DNA from: Eukaryota sp. GEM-RC1
Lineage: Eukaryota
Assembly: GCA_040285855.1 (NCBI GenBank)
Contig: JAUFOQ010000002.1
Location: forward strand, 930,001-994,000
Reading direction: 5' to 3'
DNA length: 64,000 nt
Shown here one piece after another: positions 36,357-48,418 of this stretch (position 1 is the first letter of the stretch; every line of letters starts with the position of its first letter). Made by a program: the position numbers and the translations under genes. The notes under the pieces were generated by a model. That model worked only from the letters and a program-made list of their open reading frames with translations. It did not search any database and was not told the DNA's origin.

Positions 36357-38289
36357 TTACGAGTGGAAAATATCCTTCACTGATGCCAAACGATGTTGGT
36401 CAATACTCTTCTTTGAAATGACTCGATCATACTCCATATTTTCCAAAGGGATGACGTGATCTAAAGACTCACGAGGACTTTCAAATTCTTCATCAGATTC
36501 TCGAATCACTTCCAAAGACATTGGACTGTCATCAGCAACCGAATCACGAAGTTTCGAGAAGGTGTCGTTTGCACTAGGAGGAATCTGAGCTCTTTGGAAA
36601 TCCATCAATTCCCTAACATTCATAATTCTTTTTGGGGGGAAAGTATAATGAGAAGCAACAAACGTAACAGAATCCTCTGGTAAACAACCTCTAGTTAACA
36701 GCATTTCTATTCTAGGGTCAATGGAGAAAGTTTTGGGTGATAGTTTATGACCATCAACACCCATTTTGGCAAGAGTTTCCCCGGGTAGCAATCGTAACAC
36801 GTCATCAGCAAGCCCTTCGAAAGTTCTTGTCGTGATTGAACGATCATAAGAAGTCGGAAGACCACGCAATCTGCCAGCAACGCACGTAAAACAAAGAACA
36901 ATCTGTCCAAACGCAGGCAAAAAAAGCCACAAAGGACCCTTCTACCCCCCTCCCAACCCAGGGAGAGACCAACATTACCATAGGCTGAGGCAACCTCAAA
37001 GAGAGTGTGGAAGAATCTATTATCTTCTAGAGAGTCTAATGAAGAAACAATGAAGAAAACAGAGAGATAAATCCAAAAGTATCCCTCATCCACGCATTGT
37101 CTTGCTGAGTCTTGAGAATTCTCTTGACCACTCCAATCAAGGAACTGGGTTCATCAACCCTCTTCTTGTCATATTCCTTGGCTGAACTTCTTAAAGTAGC
37201 AATGAAAGGAAGTTGACCAGTGAGCATTAGAAGAATCGCCACGTAGACAGTTTGGGGGGCTAGGATTGACCAATCAAACGTGTTTAGTCCAGAGCTCTTA
37301 ACTGCAATACTACCAAACACTCCATTGAGAAGCGCTGTAGGGAAGTTACCAGGAAGGGAGGAGAAGTCAAAAACAAGGAAAGAAACGAACTGGATGAGGT
37401 AGAGGATGAATGACCAGAAGGCTAACCAATTGGTTTCAATTTGGGAGAAGAGATGAGTGTAGACCTCACGTCCGTGGGATAGCAAGAACTTGTCGACGGT
37501 AGCAAACGATGATCGGCGAGACAGAATCTTGATGACCTGTCGTAGGAAGATTGGGTAGCCTGCAGACCCTGCAAACATCACGATCCCAAGAGGAAGAAGT
37601 ATAAAGGGATCCGAGTGGAAGAGATAGAGGCTGGAGCCCAGGAGGGAGAAGGCAACGTTGTTGAAGGCAGTAATGGTGTGGAAGAAGGAGAACCACAGCC
37701 AGCCTCCTGCTTCAGAGGCTATGGATCTAGCGTGGGAGGAGAAGAGAAAGCGTAGGGATAGAAGTGAGAAACAAAGTACATAAGAAGAGACAATGTAGCG
37801 GATAACAACTCTAGAGAGACGAGTGGTGGCCCAATACTCAGTAGAGTACTTGTAGAGAGGTATAGAACTATGGACCTGATTCTCTTCTTCCTGAGTTAAG
37901 GAGAGAGAGATTTCGTCGGGATTAATGTCAACCAGATCACCTAGGCTAGAGTTTCGACGACAGACAGTGTGTACAACTTCTTGAGGAATGACTAATTCAG
38001 AGAAATGTCTAATGAGAAAGCGACGTCTGACAAAGAGAGGAACTAATGACCAGAGAGGACGAGATCCTATTTGGATTAACAGTAAAAGAATACATTTTGT
38101 TAAAGAGGAGGATCTGGCAAAGTCAAAAGCAGTCAGTCCAGTGTTGGTAAGAGCACTAAATGAGTTAAAGATGCATTGGGACAAGGAATAGTCATTGACG
38201 AAAAAGAGAATGATAGCACCAAGAGTCCCAATTGCTGTAAAGGACACAACAAAAGAAGAATAGAAGTTTGACTGAAACAATCGGATCAT
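36357..38289 (-). CDS. Trk/HKT (TrkH family) cation transporter; frameshifts near 37075 and 36935
   Basis: Four pore-loop segments: SALTNTGL, TAFNNVAF, AVKSSGLN, FEVASAYGNVGLSLG; GRLRGLP. Confidence 0.9.
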
Positions 38290-38385
38290 GATGAGAGCAG
38301 AGAGTTCAATCTGAGAAGAAGTCCCCTTTTGGTTCTAGATGGGAAAATCTTGTTGGAAAACTTTGTTACAAAAGTCTTGCATTCA

Positions 38386-39909
38386 ATGTCTCAACCCAAA
38401 CCTCTCCGTTTTGAGAATGTGTCATATGTCTCAGTTGGATCTAAGATATTAGGACATGTGAGCTTTTCTCAAGAACATATTACGTGGCGTTCTTTCTCTT
38501 CCGACACTAGACACCGTATTGACTCTTCTTCTGTCCGTGTTGCTCAATTTATTCCTCTTAGACACGGTTTTAGACTCAAACTTATTGCTGATGATGATAA
38601 CATTCTTGTACTAGACGGTTTCGAAGAGAAAGACAAACTCGCTCTCCGAGAATTTCTCAATGGTTACGGTGTCAACTTAGATTGCCCTACCTGGTCAACC
38701 AAGGGAGAAACGTGGGGCAGAATCTCCCTTGAAACTGATTGCATTCCCTTCGACTTGGACTCAGGAAGAGCCTTTGAACTCTCCTTTAACTCCATCTCCA
38801 ATGCCAGTAATCCCCACAAAACCGAAGTTGAACTGGACTTTCATCAGGACGATGTTGGAGCTGAAGCTGGGGATGATTTCCTTTGTCAGATTAAGTTCCA
38901 TGTACCAGAGGGGTGGGAAGGAGAAGCTGCTAGTGATATTGTTACTACAGTGAAGGAACACACCAAGGTCTCCGTCTCTTTGTCTGATGTTGTCGCTGAC
39001 TTCTCAGGCATTGCTTTTGTTACTCCCCGAGGTAAGTACGACATTTCTCTCTTCTCCAACTACATTAGACTCACGGGTAAGACTCATTCCTACAAAGTTC
39101 TATGTGATTCAGTCTCTCGTCTATTCCTCCTACCTAGACCTGATCAGAAAGCCGTCTTCTTTGTTATCTCTCTTGACAGACCTATTCGCCAAGGAGCTAC
39201 AAGCTATCCTCATTTAGTTGCCACCATCCCCCCTGATGCTGAAGTATTTTTAGAACTTAAATTGTCCGAGGAAGAGTGTAGAGATCGCTACCAAAACAGA
39301 CTCCAACCTCACATGGAAGGTTTAATGTCGAAGGTAATTGCTAGAGTTTTCCGGTGTATCACTGGTACTAAAGTCACGATTCCCAATCAGAATGGATTCA
39401 AGTCTTATGAAGACGAGCCTTGTGTTAAGGTCGCCTTTAAACAGAACGAAGGGTTTTTATATCCCTTAGAACGAAGTTTCATCTACTTACACAAACCACC
39501 GATTCTTTATCGTTATGACTCAATCAAATATATTGAGTTCTCTAGAGTTCAAGGTCAACGTGATTCGAGGACTTTTGATATGGAGATCATTCCAAGGTCT
39601 GGAGAGAAGATTATGTTCTCTCAGATTAACAAGGAGGAGTATGATCGCTTGTCTAAGTTCTTTAAGGACAAGGGTATTCGCACTAGAAATGTTGTTGAGG
39701 AAGGTACTGAGCATCGAATTATGGAGATATTGTCAGAGCCTGAAATGGAGGAAGAAGAGGAAGATGTTGAGTTTAATGCGTTGGAAAGTGCATCTGAGTC
39801 AGAAGTAGAAAGTGAGTTGGAAGAAGAGCTCGCTGAGATTGTACCAGCAGAACAATTAGATGAAAGTGTGATCATTGAATCTGGTAGGAAGAGGAGGACA
39901 AATATTTAA
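38386..39909 (+). CDS. SSRP1: FACT complex subunit SSRP1/Pob3 (no HMG box)
   Basis: TPRGKYDI, FFVISLDRPIRQGATSYPHL, GFLYPLERSFIYLHKPP, RTFD; acidic tail. Confidence 0.95.
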   Translation: MSQPKPLRFENVSYVSVGSKILGHVSFSQEHITWRSFSSDTRHRIDSSSVRVAQFIPLRHGFRLKLIADDDNILVLDGFEEKDKLALREFLNGYGVNLDCPTWSTKGETWGRISLETDCIPFDLDSGRAFELSFNSISNASNPHKTEVELDFHQDDVGAEAGDDFLCQIKFHVPEGWEGEAASDIVTTVKEHTKVSVSLSDVVADFSGIAFVTPRGKYDISLFSNYIRLTGKTHSYKVLCDSVSRLFLLPRPDQKAVFFVISLDRPIRQGATSYPHLVATIPPDAEVFLELKLSEEECRDRYQNRLQPHMEGLMSKVIARVFRCITGTKVTIPNQNGFKSYEDEPCVKVAFKQNEGFLYPLERSFIYLHKPPILYRYDSIKYIEFSRVQGQRDSRTFDMEIIPRSGEKIMFSQINKEEYDRLSKFFKDKGIRTRNVVEEGTEHRIMEILSEPEMEEEEEDVEFNALESASESEVESELEEELAEIVPAEQLDESVIIESGRKRRTNI

Positions 39910-40346
39910 TTAATGATTGATGACTGTATTGTTGTTAACTGGGTGTATCATGGTATTATTAAGCGATATCTATTTTTCTTTTGAGCTTTTAATGTTACAA
40001 TGTTGGCGTTTTTCTTCATTTAAATACAAGCACATTATTTAAAGTTTTGTTTTAATTGATATTAAAACAGTTCTACTAGGACTTATACATTGTACTTTTA
40101 AAGGAAAGTTTTGCTCTTGTCAGCATTAATTAATCAAATCCCCAATCCAATTTGTTTAACGGTCATCAGTAGACCACAATGACGAGACTTTGGTGTTAAC
40201 CGTGAACTGTTATCCAGTAAAGTGACCTGTGCCAGTGATGTATACCAAACAGCATAGCGTAAATTGCATACAATTCGATCCAGCAGTATGCTGGGTATCT
40301 GGAGAACATAAAATTGTTACTAGGTCCACTTCTTCCTTACTGAAGG

Positions 40347-41251
40347 ATGATCCTCCTCCTTCTAGGGCAAGCAGCTTCTCTACTTACTTCTTTCACTGAT
40401 GCCCTCTCTAAACTACTTGTTTTAAGAGGATTTCGGAGTGTTGCTTTTCAATTACTCATTGGTTATTTTTCAATACTCACAACATCTCTGCCATTTTACC
40501 TTAAGTTACCGGGAAGAGTCAATAAATGGAGATTATGTCTACTTTATTCTGTTCTAGATGTATCTGCTACTTATTGTGTTGTGTTTGGTATCCGCTACAC
40601 TTCAGTAGCGTCTGTTAAACTACTGAGCTGCATGACTCTTATGGTTTGCATTCTACTGAGTTATCTGTTCTTTAAAGTTGTACTTTCTTGTCGTCATTAT
40701 GTAGGTATTTTCATTGCTCTACTTGGAGTTCTGTTTCTCATTCTAAATGAACAAGAAAGCTCTGTAGCTCCGCGTCCACTTTTGGGGGATTTTTTAGTTC
40801 TAACTGGAGCAGCTTTATACGGTGTTTGTAATGTTTTTCAGGAGTACTATATTAAAGAAGCGCCGATAGTTGAGTTTTGTTTCTCTGTAGGTTGCTGCGG
40901 TTCCCTTGTTACTTTCATCATTGTCATTACCACGGAGCTGGGGTCGCTACGAACTTTTCACTTTTCTCCTGTTGCTCTTGTCTTCTTTGCGTTGTATGGT
41001 ATTACAATTGCTTGCTCATATGTGTTGATTCCCTTTGTGGTTTCGAAAAAGGGTGCTACTTTTTGAATATATCTTTGCTTTCAGCTAATTGTTGGGCTGT
41101 TGCGAATGATGTTTATCTTTTTGGTAGAACTTTTCATTATTCGTTTGTTGTTAGTCTTGTTGTTATTCTTGTGGGGTTGTTGATTTATCTTTCTAAGCCA
41201 GTGGATTATGTCCTAGAGAAAGAGCCCCTTTTGAGCAGTGAGGCAGTTTGA
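40347..41251 (+). CDS. SLC35F-family (DMT superfamily) transporter; frameshift near 41062
   Basis: LLLGQ..SLL, DV.ATY..V...RYTS..SV.LL, LLGDFLVL.GA.LYG..NV.QEY, GATFLNISLLSAN.WAV. Confidence 0.88.
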
Positions 41252-42218
41252 TTTAGTTGTTTTTGATCGTTGTAGCGATTATCGATTGTTTTGTTTTATT
41301 TATTGTTTGGTTTTATCGGACCTTTATTGTCTTGGTGACTGCTACTCTTAGTTTAAGTAAGAGAAGTCTTAAATTCGTAATGTTGTTACACAATAAATGG
41401 CCTTTAACTTAAGTCAGGTACCTCTATCTGACTGTCCAAGTCTGTGTCGTGAATCCCTCATAACAACCTCAAGCACAGTTACTGTAGGTAGAAAGAGAAA
41501 CCAATTATCAAAACTTCTCAACAAAAGATGGACTTTGAATCCAAAAGTATTTGAAAAATGGAAATTGTCGCTCAATCATTAACAGTAATTCCTTCATTAA
41601 TATAATAAACAGAAGTCATGGTACACGCAAACGAATCAATACAACAGATGAAACACATTTTTGTAGCGGCAATATGTAGCCTACGGTACATTTTTCGGTG
41701 GTATTGTATCTCAATATCCGATTCATAGGTCAACAATTAGCAATTGTTTATGTTTGGTTTTTTTACAATCAGGAATTATGATCTTCATTTGTGATGTGAT
41801 TCTGGAGCAAACAGTTAAAAAGTACCTTTTAAAGAAAGCACAGGAACGTCTACATTTATTTAATTGTTTGAAAGAGTGGCGATTTGCCGTACAGATGCCA
41901 TTATTCTGCCAGTATTGTTAGTCACCATCATTGTTCAAATGTTTGGGGCCAGTTTTTTGGGGAAGAGGTGAATTTATAGTGATCTTTCGTATATTTTGTT
42001 CAAATGAACGAATGACTTTAAGATAATTTCGGCGAAGAGGTTTAAATACAAGAGATCTGTTTCCACATCTGCTACATACAAAACCGATGAGGATGAACAA
42101 GATCAGTCTGAAACTGAAATTGGTGACCACTAATTGAGCATGAGATACAGGGTGAACATAACAATTACCCTTTGACACTTAAAGAACAATTAAAAAATTT
42201 GAAAGTCTTCCTTTCTTC

Positions 42219-43806
42219 ATGACAAACTTTCAGTTCCAAAACGTCTTTGGTGAACTCCTTAAGGATTCCGTTTGGACTGATATCGATATCAAGGCTTCTT
42301 CTACTGCTTGGGACGGTAGATTATCTTGTATCAACTCCAAGTGGTTAGCATTTGTTATGGCTAGCACTGGACCTGGATCTGTTTGCGTTCTCCCTGTTGA
42401 AGGAACTAACAACGTTGGTCCCAATTCTCCCACAATTCTCAATCACACTAATGAAATTCTCGCGCTTGCTTTTGCCCCCTTTAATGAAGATGTTATCGCC
42501 ACAGCTGGTAACGATGGTACTATTAAAGTTTGGAGGATCACGAAAATGATATTACTGACGGTGTTTTCTCTGATAATGTTTTTGCTGTTCTCAATCACGA
42601 CAACAATGCTGGTTGCCTTGCTTGGCATCCAATCGCTAACAACATTCTTGCATCTGCTGGTCAGGACGGTCTCAGAGTGTGGAATATTGATGGTGGTACC
42701 CTATTTTGTCATCATGCTACTCCCGAACAAGTAAACTCCATCACTTTCAACATGGATGGAAGCAAGCTAGCTGTGTCATGTAAGAACAAACACATGTACA
42801 TTGTCAATCCTAGTAATGGAGAACTCATTGCTTCTGTCCAGGCACATGAGGGAGCTAAAGGTTTCAATGCCATTTGGTGTACTAATCTTAACTTGATTGT
42901 TACCTGTGGGTTCGAGGGACCCATTGATCGTGAAATTAAGATCTGGGATCCAGAGTCTCTTGGTAAACCCCTTAGTGTCTATCCCCTAGATCGATCCCCT
43001 TCTTTGTTTCTGCCTACATACGACCCTGACACCTCCATGTTGTACATTACTGGAAAGGGAGATTCAACCATTCGGTACTTCCAAGTGCTTCCGACAGCTC
43101 CTCACTTCAAAACTGTTGGTGAGTTTGTCTCCAACAATCCTGCAAGTGGCATGTGTGTGTTGCCCAAGGGTTGTTTAGATTTGGAAAAGAATGAGGTGAT
43201 GAGAATCTACATGCTTACTGAGAAGTCTATAGAACCTATTTCTTTCAAGATGTCTCAAAGAGCTAGTATGCACTTTCTCAATAATATCGTCTTACTGTAG
43301 CTGAAAAGGATAACGATCCGTTCCCTGCAGTTTTTACGGCAGAACCCACCACTAGTAGATGTAATGAGAATGGTACGTTTCCAGCTGAACTAGGCAACTT
43401 AAGTTTAACAAGTCAAAATGAGGTGGATGCAGAGCTACCTGTTGGCGAACAGCCCATGATTAAAGGTGCTGGACATCTACTCAACGAAAAAACGACTGCA
43501 ATTTTATGCTATAATTCAAAAGTGGCTATAATATCGGAAAAGTATAAAGAGTGGGAAAAGACAATCAAAGAAAAGGAAAGAAATATATTACACGGATTGA
43601 AGAACATTGAAGGTTTCACTAGTACCAAAAATTATTTCCATCAGTATTTTGAATATGGGAGATCATATAGGGAATATTACAGGAAGGTCTCCCAGACTGA
43701 AAAATATTTACAGAGACTGATTGATGACTTGGTTGGTAAATATCCAGATTTGAAGGAATATATTGAAGAACGCACTTTCCTTTCAGAAAACAAATTTCGT
43801 TTTTAA
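42219..43806 (+). CDS. Coronin; frameshift near 42541, intron 43266-43300
   Basis: FQNVFG, F.PFNE..IAT.G.DG, WHP.ANNILAS, AHEGAK, YDPDT.MLY..GKGDSTIRYF, IEPISF. Spliced continuation TEKDNDPFPAVFTAEP is in frame with ORF 43423-43806. Confidence 0.88.
43266..43300 (+). other. 35-nt spliceosomal intron in coronin
   Basis: GTATGC...CTTACTGTAG; removal bypasses the stop and joins the C-terminal ORF. Confidence 0.8.
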
Positions 43807-43930
43807 TAATAAATAACCTTTTGCAACAGTACTGTTTAAACTCCCAAAATGACCGGACACAATGCTTATCGTGGGAGGATAGACTGTATTTATATAAAAA
43901 TGTCGTTTAGAGTAATAGCCCTTTGGCAAA

Positions 43931-44842
43931 CAGTGAACGCTAACACGTTCAGAAATCGAATCTAACACGTGTTAGCAGGCTTGTCACTTGATAAAAAACG
44001 TTTAAAACGTATTTGGAAAAAAACGACGTTTTTTATTCTTGTCAACGTTTTCTATATTCTGGATTGACACAAAAAGCGCGACTTTCTACTCCACTTTTGT
44101 CTTAATGTGACTGGTGGTATTTTATGTATGTTGTTTCTGACCAGGCAAGACTGAAAGAAGGCAAGAGTATTTGTTGGTGACACTACTACTAGTAGTATTG
44201 CTGGTACAGTATATACTCTTTTGGTTCTGTATCTGAGTAAAACGACCTTCAGGTGCACTCGAACAGTGTTCTTGTTGCACATACCTAGTTATCTTCCCGT
44301 CCTGACCACGTGATCATCGTTAGATGAGCACTGTACTTCTTCTCGATGATGTTATCCTTCCAATCTCAAAAAAACATAGCTGCAATGATCGAACTATGAA
44401 AGATTCGGTTGATGAAAATGAAGTGAGAAAAAAGTGAAAAGTTGAAAAAGTTGATCTGCCCTTTTTGAACGTTTTTTCTAAATTCGGAAAAAACGTAAAA
44501 AACGATAAAAAACGTTGTTTTTTATTTTTGAGCAACGTTTTTTACAAGCCTGTGTGTTAGGACGTGTTACGTGTTAGCGAAAGAATTTTTCCTGGTTTCT
44601 GGTTCGACGATAAATAGTTCATTTCTTCTACACATTCATCTCTACGATACTCTACATCCCTGTAGGGAACTTCTACAACAGTGTCTTTCATCCTTTTAGC
44701 AGCAAAAGGCATTTTCACATCATTCAGTCCGAAAATAGTGACCGACATTTGCGTGTTAGAAATCAGCCAAAATTCTTAACGCGTGTTAACACGTGTTAAC
44801 ACGTGTTACGTGTCAGGCCGTGTTACGTGTTAGCGTTCACTG
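43931..44842. mobile_element. Non-autonomous hAT-type MITE, family A (outer), copy 1
   Basis: TIR CAGTGAACGCTAACACG; perfect 8-bp TSD TTGGCAAA (43923-43930 and 44843-44850); subterminal TAACACG/CGTGTTA arrays. Confidence 0.92.
43976..44552. mobile_element. Non-autonomous hAT-type MITE, family B (inner), copy 1
   Basis: TIR CAGGCTTGT; 8-bp TSD CGTGTTAG/TGTGTTAG (1 mismatch); AAAAACG arrays. Confidence 0.9.
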
Positions 44843-45577
44843 TTGGCAAACAACTTCTACTCCGATCGTTTATTCTACCAACTTCACCACTTGTCGCAAT
44901 CTCATAGTCAAAATCTTCCACAAACAAAGTAGGACTTAACATGACGACATACATAGTAAGCAGTTCATCCACGGTGTAATATCTATTTAGCAAAGCAGGG
45001 CTAGATATTGGAGTTAATGATTAATATGTTATTTTTGATCTCTAAATTGACTGTGTAAAAGCGTTTCTTTGATGTCAAAATATCAGAAGTAACAATCACT
45101 AACGTATGGAATGATGTTATCCTTAAATGCTTATCAGACAATTTAAATTGAATATCATTAAAATAACATCCATCACTAGAATACCCGATACAATACCTGA
45201 CCGCAGTGTCAGGTCTACAGATGATTTTTGCGCTATGTTTATAGCTTCTCTGTACCTTAGTAATTCTTCAGCACTAAGGTCTACAAGGATGGGAACAGTG
45301 GGTACGGGGTTACTCATGGTTGTCTAGGTTCAGTGGAGAAAATGCGTCAGTGATCACTGTTGCGTTTTCGCAATGTAAAGGGAAAAAGGTGTTTATATAA
45401 TAAAACAAAGTAACTTAAATGCTAAACACGTCATATGACGTGACACTAGGGATGGGGAAACTCCAACTCGACTTCACTCCAACCTAATCAATTTTACAAG
45501 TGAACTTCACTCCAACTTCAGTCACTTGTAGACTCCACTTCACACATAAAAAATCTTTTATAAAATTCCTCTCAATG

Positions 45578-46076
45578 GTTTGGCTTGTTCAGAAATGTCT
45601 AAAGGGGAAGTTTCTGAGTAAGCATTCTTTAAAGATGTCTTTATCCAAACATCCACTACATCGACAACAAACAATTTGTCTGCAGAAGAAGGGACAACAA
45701 CATCTGCTCTCCGTTAAGCAGGAAATTGGTTCTGTTTTTCGTCATTACAATAATTATTTGATTCTAAAGAATTTAGAAGTGGTTCAACAAATGATTCAAT
45801 TTTGTAAGACTTACACATAGCATGTATTTGGTCTCTTACAGCATCATGCATACACGTTCGATAAGTTAAGTAGCGATTACAACTTAACAAATGAGAAAAC
45901 GTTAACTGTTTTCCAGAGCTACACTGAAGGACACTTGACAAATTGTATGGCCATAAATAGCAACGAAGTCGCATCGTAGTGGTCCATTGATGATCATTTA
46001 ACAGAAAACCATATACTTGTGGAATTTGATGAATTAATGCCACAGCAGAACTCTCCTCAGAAATCAACAAACACAT
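45578..46076 (-). mobile_element. Fragment of RLE-type (CRE-like) non-LTR retrotransposon, zinc knuckle/endonuclease region, with an in-frame stop
   Basis: MRLRC...C...HLLSC...MHDAVRD...VEP...*RRADV...VVDV...EQAK; parallels the fragment at 47027-47596. Confidence 0.75.
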
Positions 46077-46183
46077 TTGGATAGAAGTGGAACGAAATAG
46101 CGACGTTGTGTCTAATTTTTCTTTTCAGTTCAACACTCCGGTGATTTGATAAAAGTGGATGGAAAAACTAGTTCCTAAAAATC

Positions 46184-46256
46184 AGACCTAGACGGGACTC
46201 GAACCCACAACCCCTTGATTCGTAGTCAAGTGCGCTTCCAATTACGCCACTAGGTC
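46184..46256 (-). tRNA. tRNA-Arg (anticodon ACG)
   Basis: Acceptor GACCTAG/CTAGGTC, anticodon arm CTTGA-CTACGAA-TCAAG, GGTTCGAGT T-loop, downstream T5 terminator. Confidence 0.95.
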
Positions 46257-47026
46257 GTATGCTTTGGTTTCCAGCTCCATCACAATGAATTTTCTGAGTA
46301 TATTTCCAATAATAAATACATATTAGAAAGTGATCCACTTCGCACTTGCTTTATAGCCAATATGCCCATTAAATACTGTTGGAGACGTAATCTGATCCTA
46401 CATCAACACTGTCTGTGGTTGTCTTCGATACTCATTACCATGCAAATTACAGTTCGAAATTTCCTTGAGCGAGAACAACCAATTGGAAATATGTTGGAGA
46501 GACAACCATTCGGTTATTAATAACATTGGTACTGAATGATCCCATACAATGTCACAGACTACTGTGGGTTGTTATTAATGCGCTTTTAAATATACTTCAT
46601 GGTTAACAGTCTTTTCGTGGCTATTTCAGACTCTGACGACACGGTTCAAAACGATGTTTACTCTTAAACGGAAATATTGTGAAACTGCATTTCATTAAGG
46701 AGAGATGTTAGCCAAAGGTATTAGTATGGGTAGTAACAAAGTCTGTTTAATTGATTTGTAAATTTCTTGTCATTTCCCTTTGTTTCCAAAAGGAAAAGTT
46801 TATTGATGGAGGGTACAAAAATACATATCATAATACAAGCTATGAAACACTAGACACCGAAAATTCCTGGTCGACAGTACCACTGTTTTTATACTTCTTT
46901 GTGAAAACTGATTTAAAAAACTTAGGCGTCGAACGGAACAAAGTAAAAATCAAGCGGTTATGTCAAATTGATAAGTAAAATCTCTTATTCTGAGACTGTC
47001 ACATAGATCCAAAATCAGTTAAAAAC

Positions 47027-47598
47027 TTAGAAACTACCAAAAATAGAAATAGCAAAGGGAACAAATATATATCTTAAATTTAAATTTTGATTGAGTTTAG
47101 CAACATCTTTGGAATACAAATCAATTTTACGTTTTTCAGCTGTTTCTAGGTGATTGAAACCTTTTGAATTTGAGCCATTAACATAAGTTTGAGCACATGG
47201 ATCTACTGTTGTAACATCAAGGATAATTTGACTAGAATCAACAAAGGGACTATGTAAGTCACCTAGACGAAAATTATTATTTAAATCAAGACCCAACTTA
47301 CTAAATATTGGTTCAACTTTGGCATGAAATCCATGAGCTTTAAACATTTCAAATGTAACATCTCTGAAAGCATTATGAAGAACTGAGCGAAATTGAATAA
47401 ATTTGGGGCAATTAATTACATGTCTAAAAGTTGCAATGCGACGATGACTACAAACACATTCAGAATTGTCCAGCAATTCTGCAGGAAACAAACCTAAACG
47501 CACTCGCATAATTAATTTCCAAGCCTCATCAGACAAATACAAACCAAAAGAACGTGGTTGTAAAAGTATTCCAAAAGGAATGAGAGAGGTATACAATC
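47027..47598 (-). mobile_element. Fragment of RLE-type (CRE-like) non-LTR retrotransposon
   Basis: MRVRLG, CxC...HxxxC knuckle, LHN..RD, GD...LDVT, AEKRK..Y, FVPFAISIFG. Confidence 0.8.
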
Positions 47599-48050
47599 CA
47601 GGGCCTGGAAAATTGAATTACCAATGCAAATATTTCAATACATTGGTATGAAACATTGATTGGTATACTGTCCAAACATTGCAACATTGGACAATTATAT
47701 TCTGCGAATTATCCTATTTCACTCAACACTACAAATCGCAATACCAATATGCAGCTGATGTACATAGTCGTTTTAACATATTTTTTACGAACAATATAAA
47801 TATCTTGTATGATTTGGCTGTTCTACTAGTAGTAGTTGTGGTAATATTTGAAACATTGACCAGTATCAAACATTGAAACATCGTTTCGACCAATATCTAG
47901 CATTGAAACACTGATTGGGTCGATATCTAAGATTCAAGTATTGATTGGTGTCATTCGAAACATTGAAATATTGATTGGTTCAATTTGAGACATTGACTTT
48001 GACATTGGATAAATACCAATCATTGAAATTGGCAATCAATCGATATCAAT
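47599..48050. repeat. Probable hAT-like element end with dispersed AACATTG(A) motifs
   Basis: Begins CAGGGCCTGG exactly where the retroelement ORF is cut; about 10 ACATTG motifs; no matching second TIR seen. Confidence 0.5.
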
Positions 48051-48418
48051 CGATGAGGTTTTAGGGTATACCGGTCGGTCAGAGTCTACTTGTGTTTGAT
48101 GTTGAGAAACAGATGAAATGTCTTACTCAGAAACTGACATAGTGTCACCACTGTCATAACAAATGTTGTATTGTGTGGATTAATGTAATAACTGAATTTG
48201 CAACTACAGTACATTATTACAAAGTGTTTGATTCTCATGAACACACTGCTTTCTTTAAATGGACGTACTAATCGTATTTGTTCTTAATCCATGTATTGAA
48301 GGGATTTGAAGTATCCAGAACTGTGAATAATTTAAAATCAGAAGCTGGATTTTTTGTTACAGATTTGATGAGCTTCTACAATAAATGATTATTTTTAGCT
48401 GTAGGTAGGTAATTCACT

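Noticed and set aside
45447..46176. hAT element from TAGGGATG... to ...CCTA enclosing the retroelement fragment
   Set aside because: Ends match over only 4 bp and there is no TSD; at most an orphan end with CTTCACTCC repeats.
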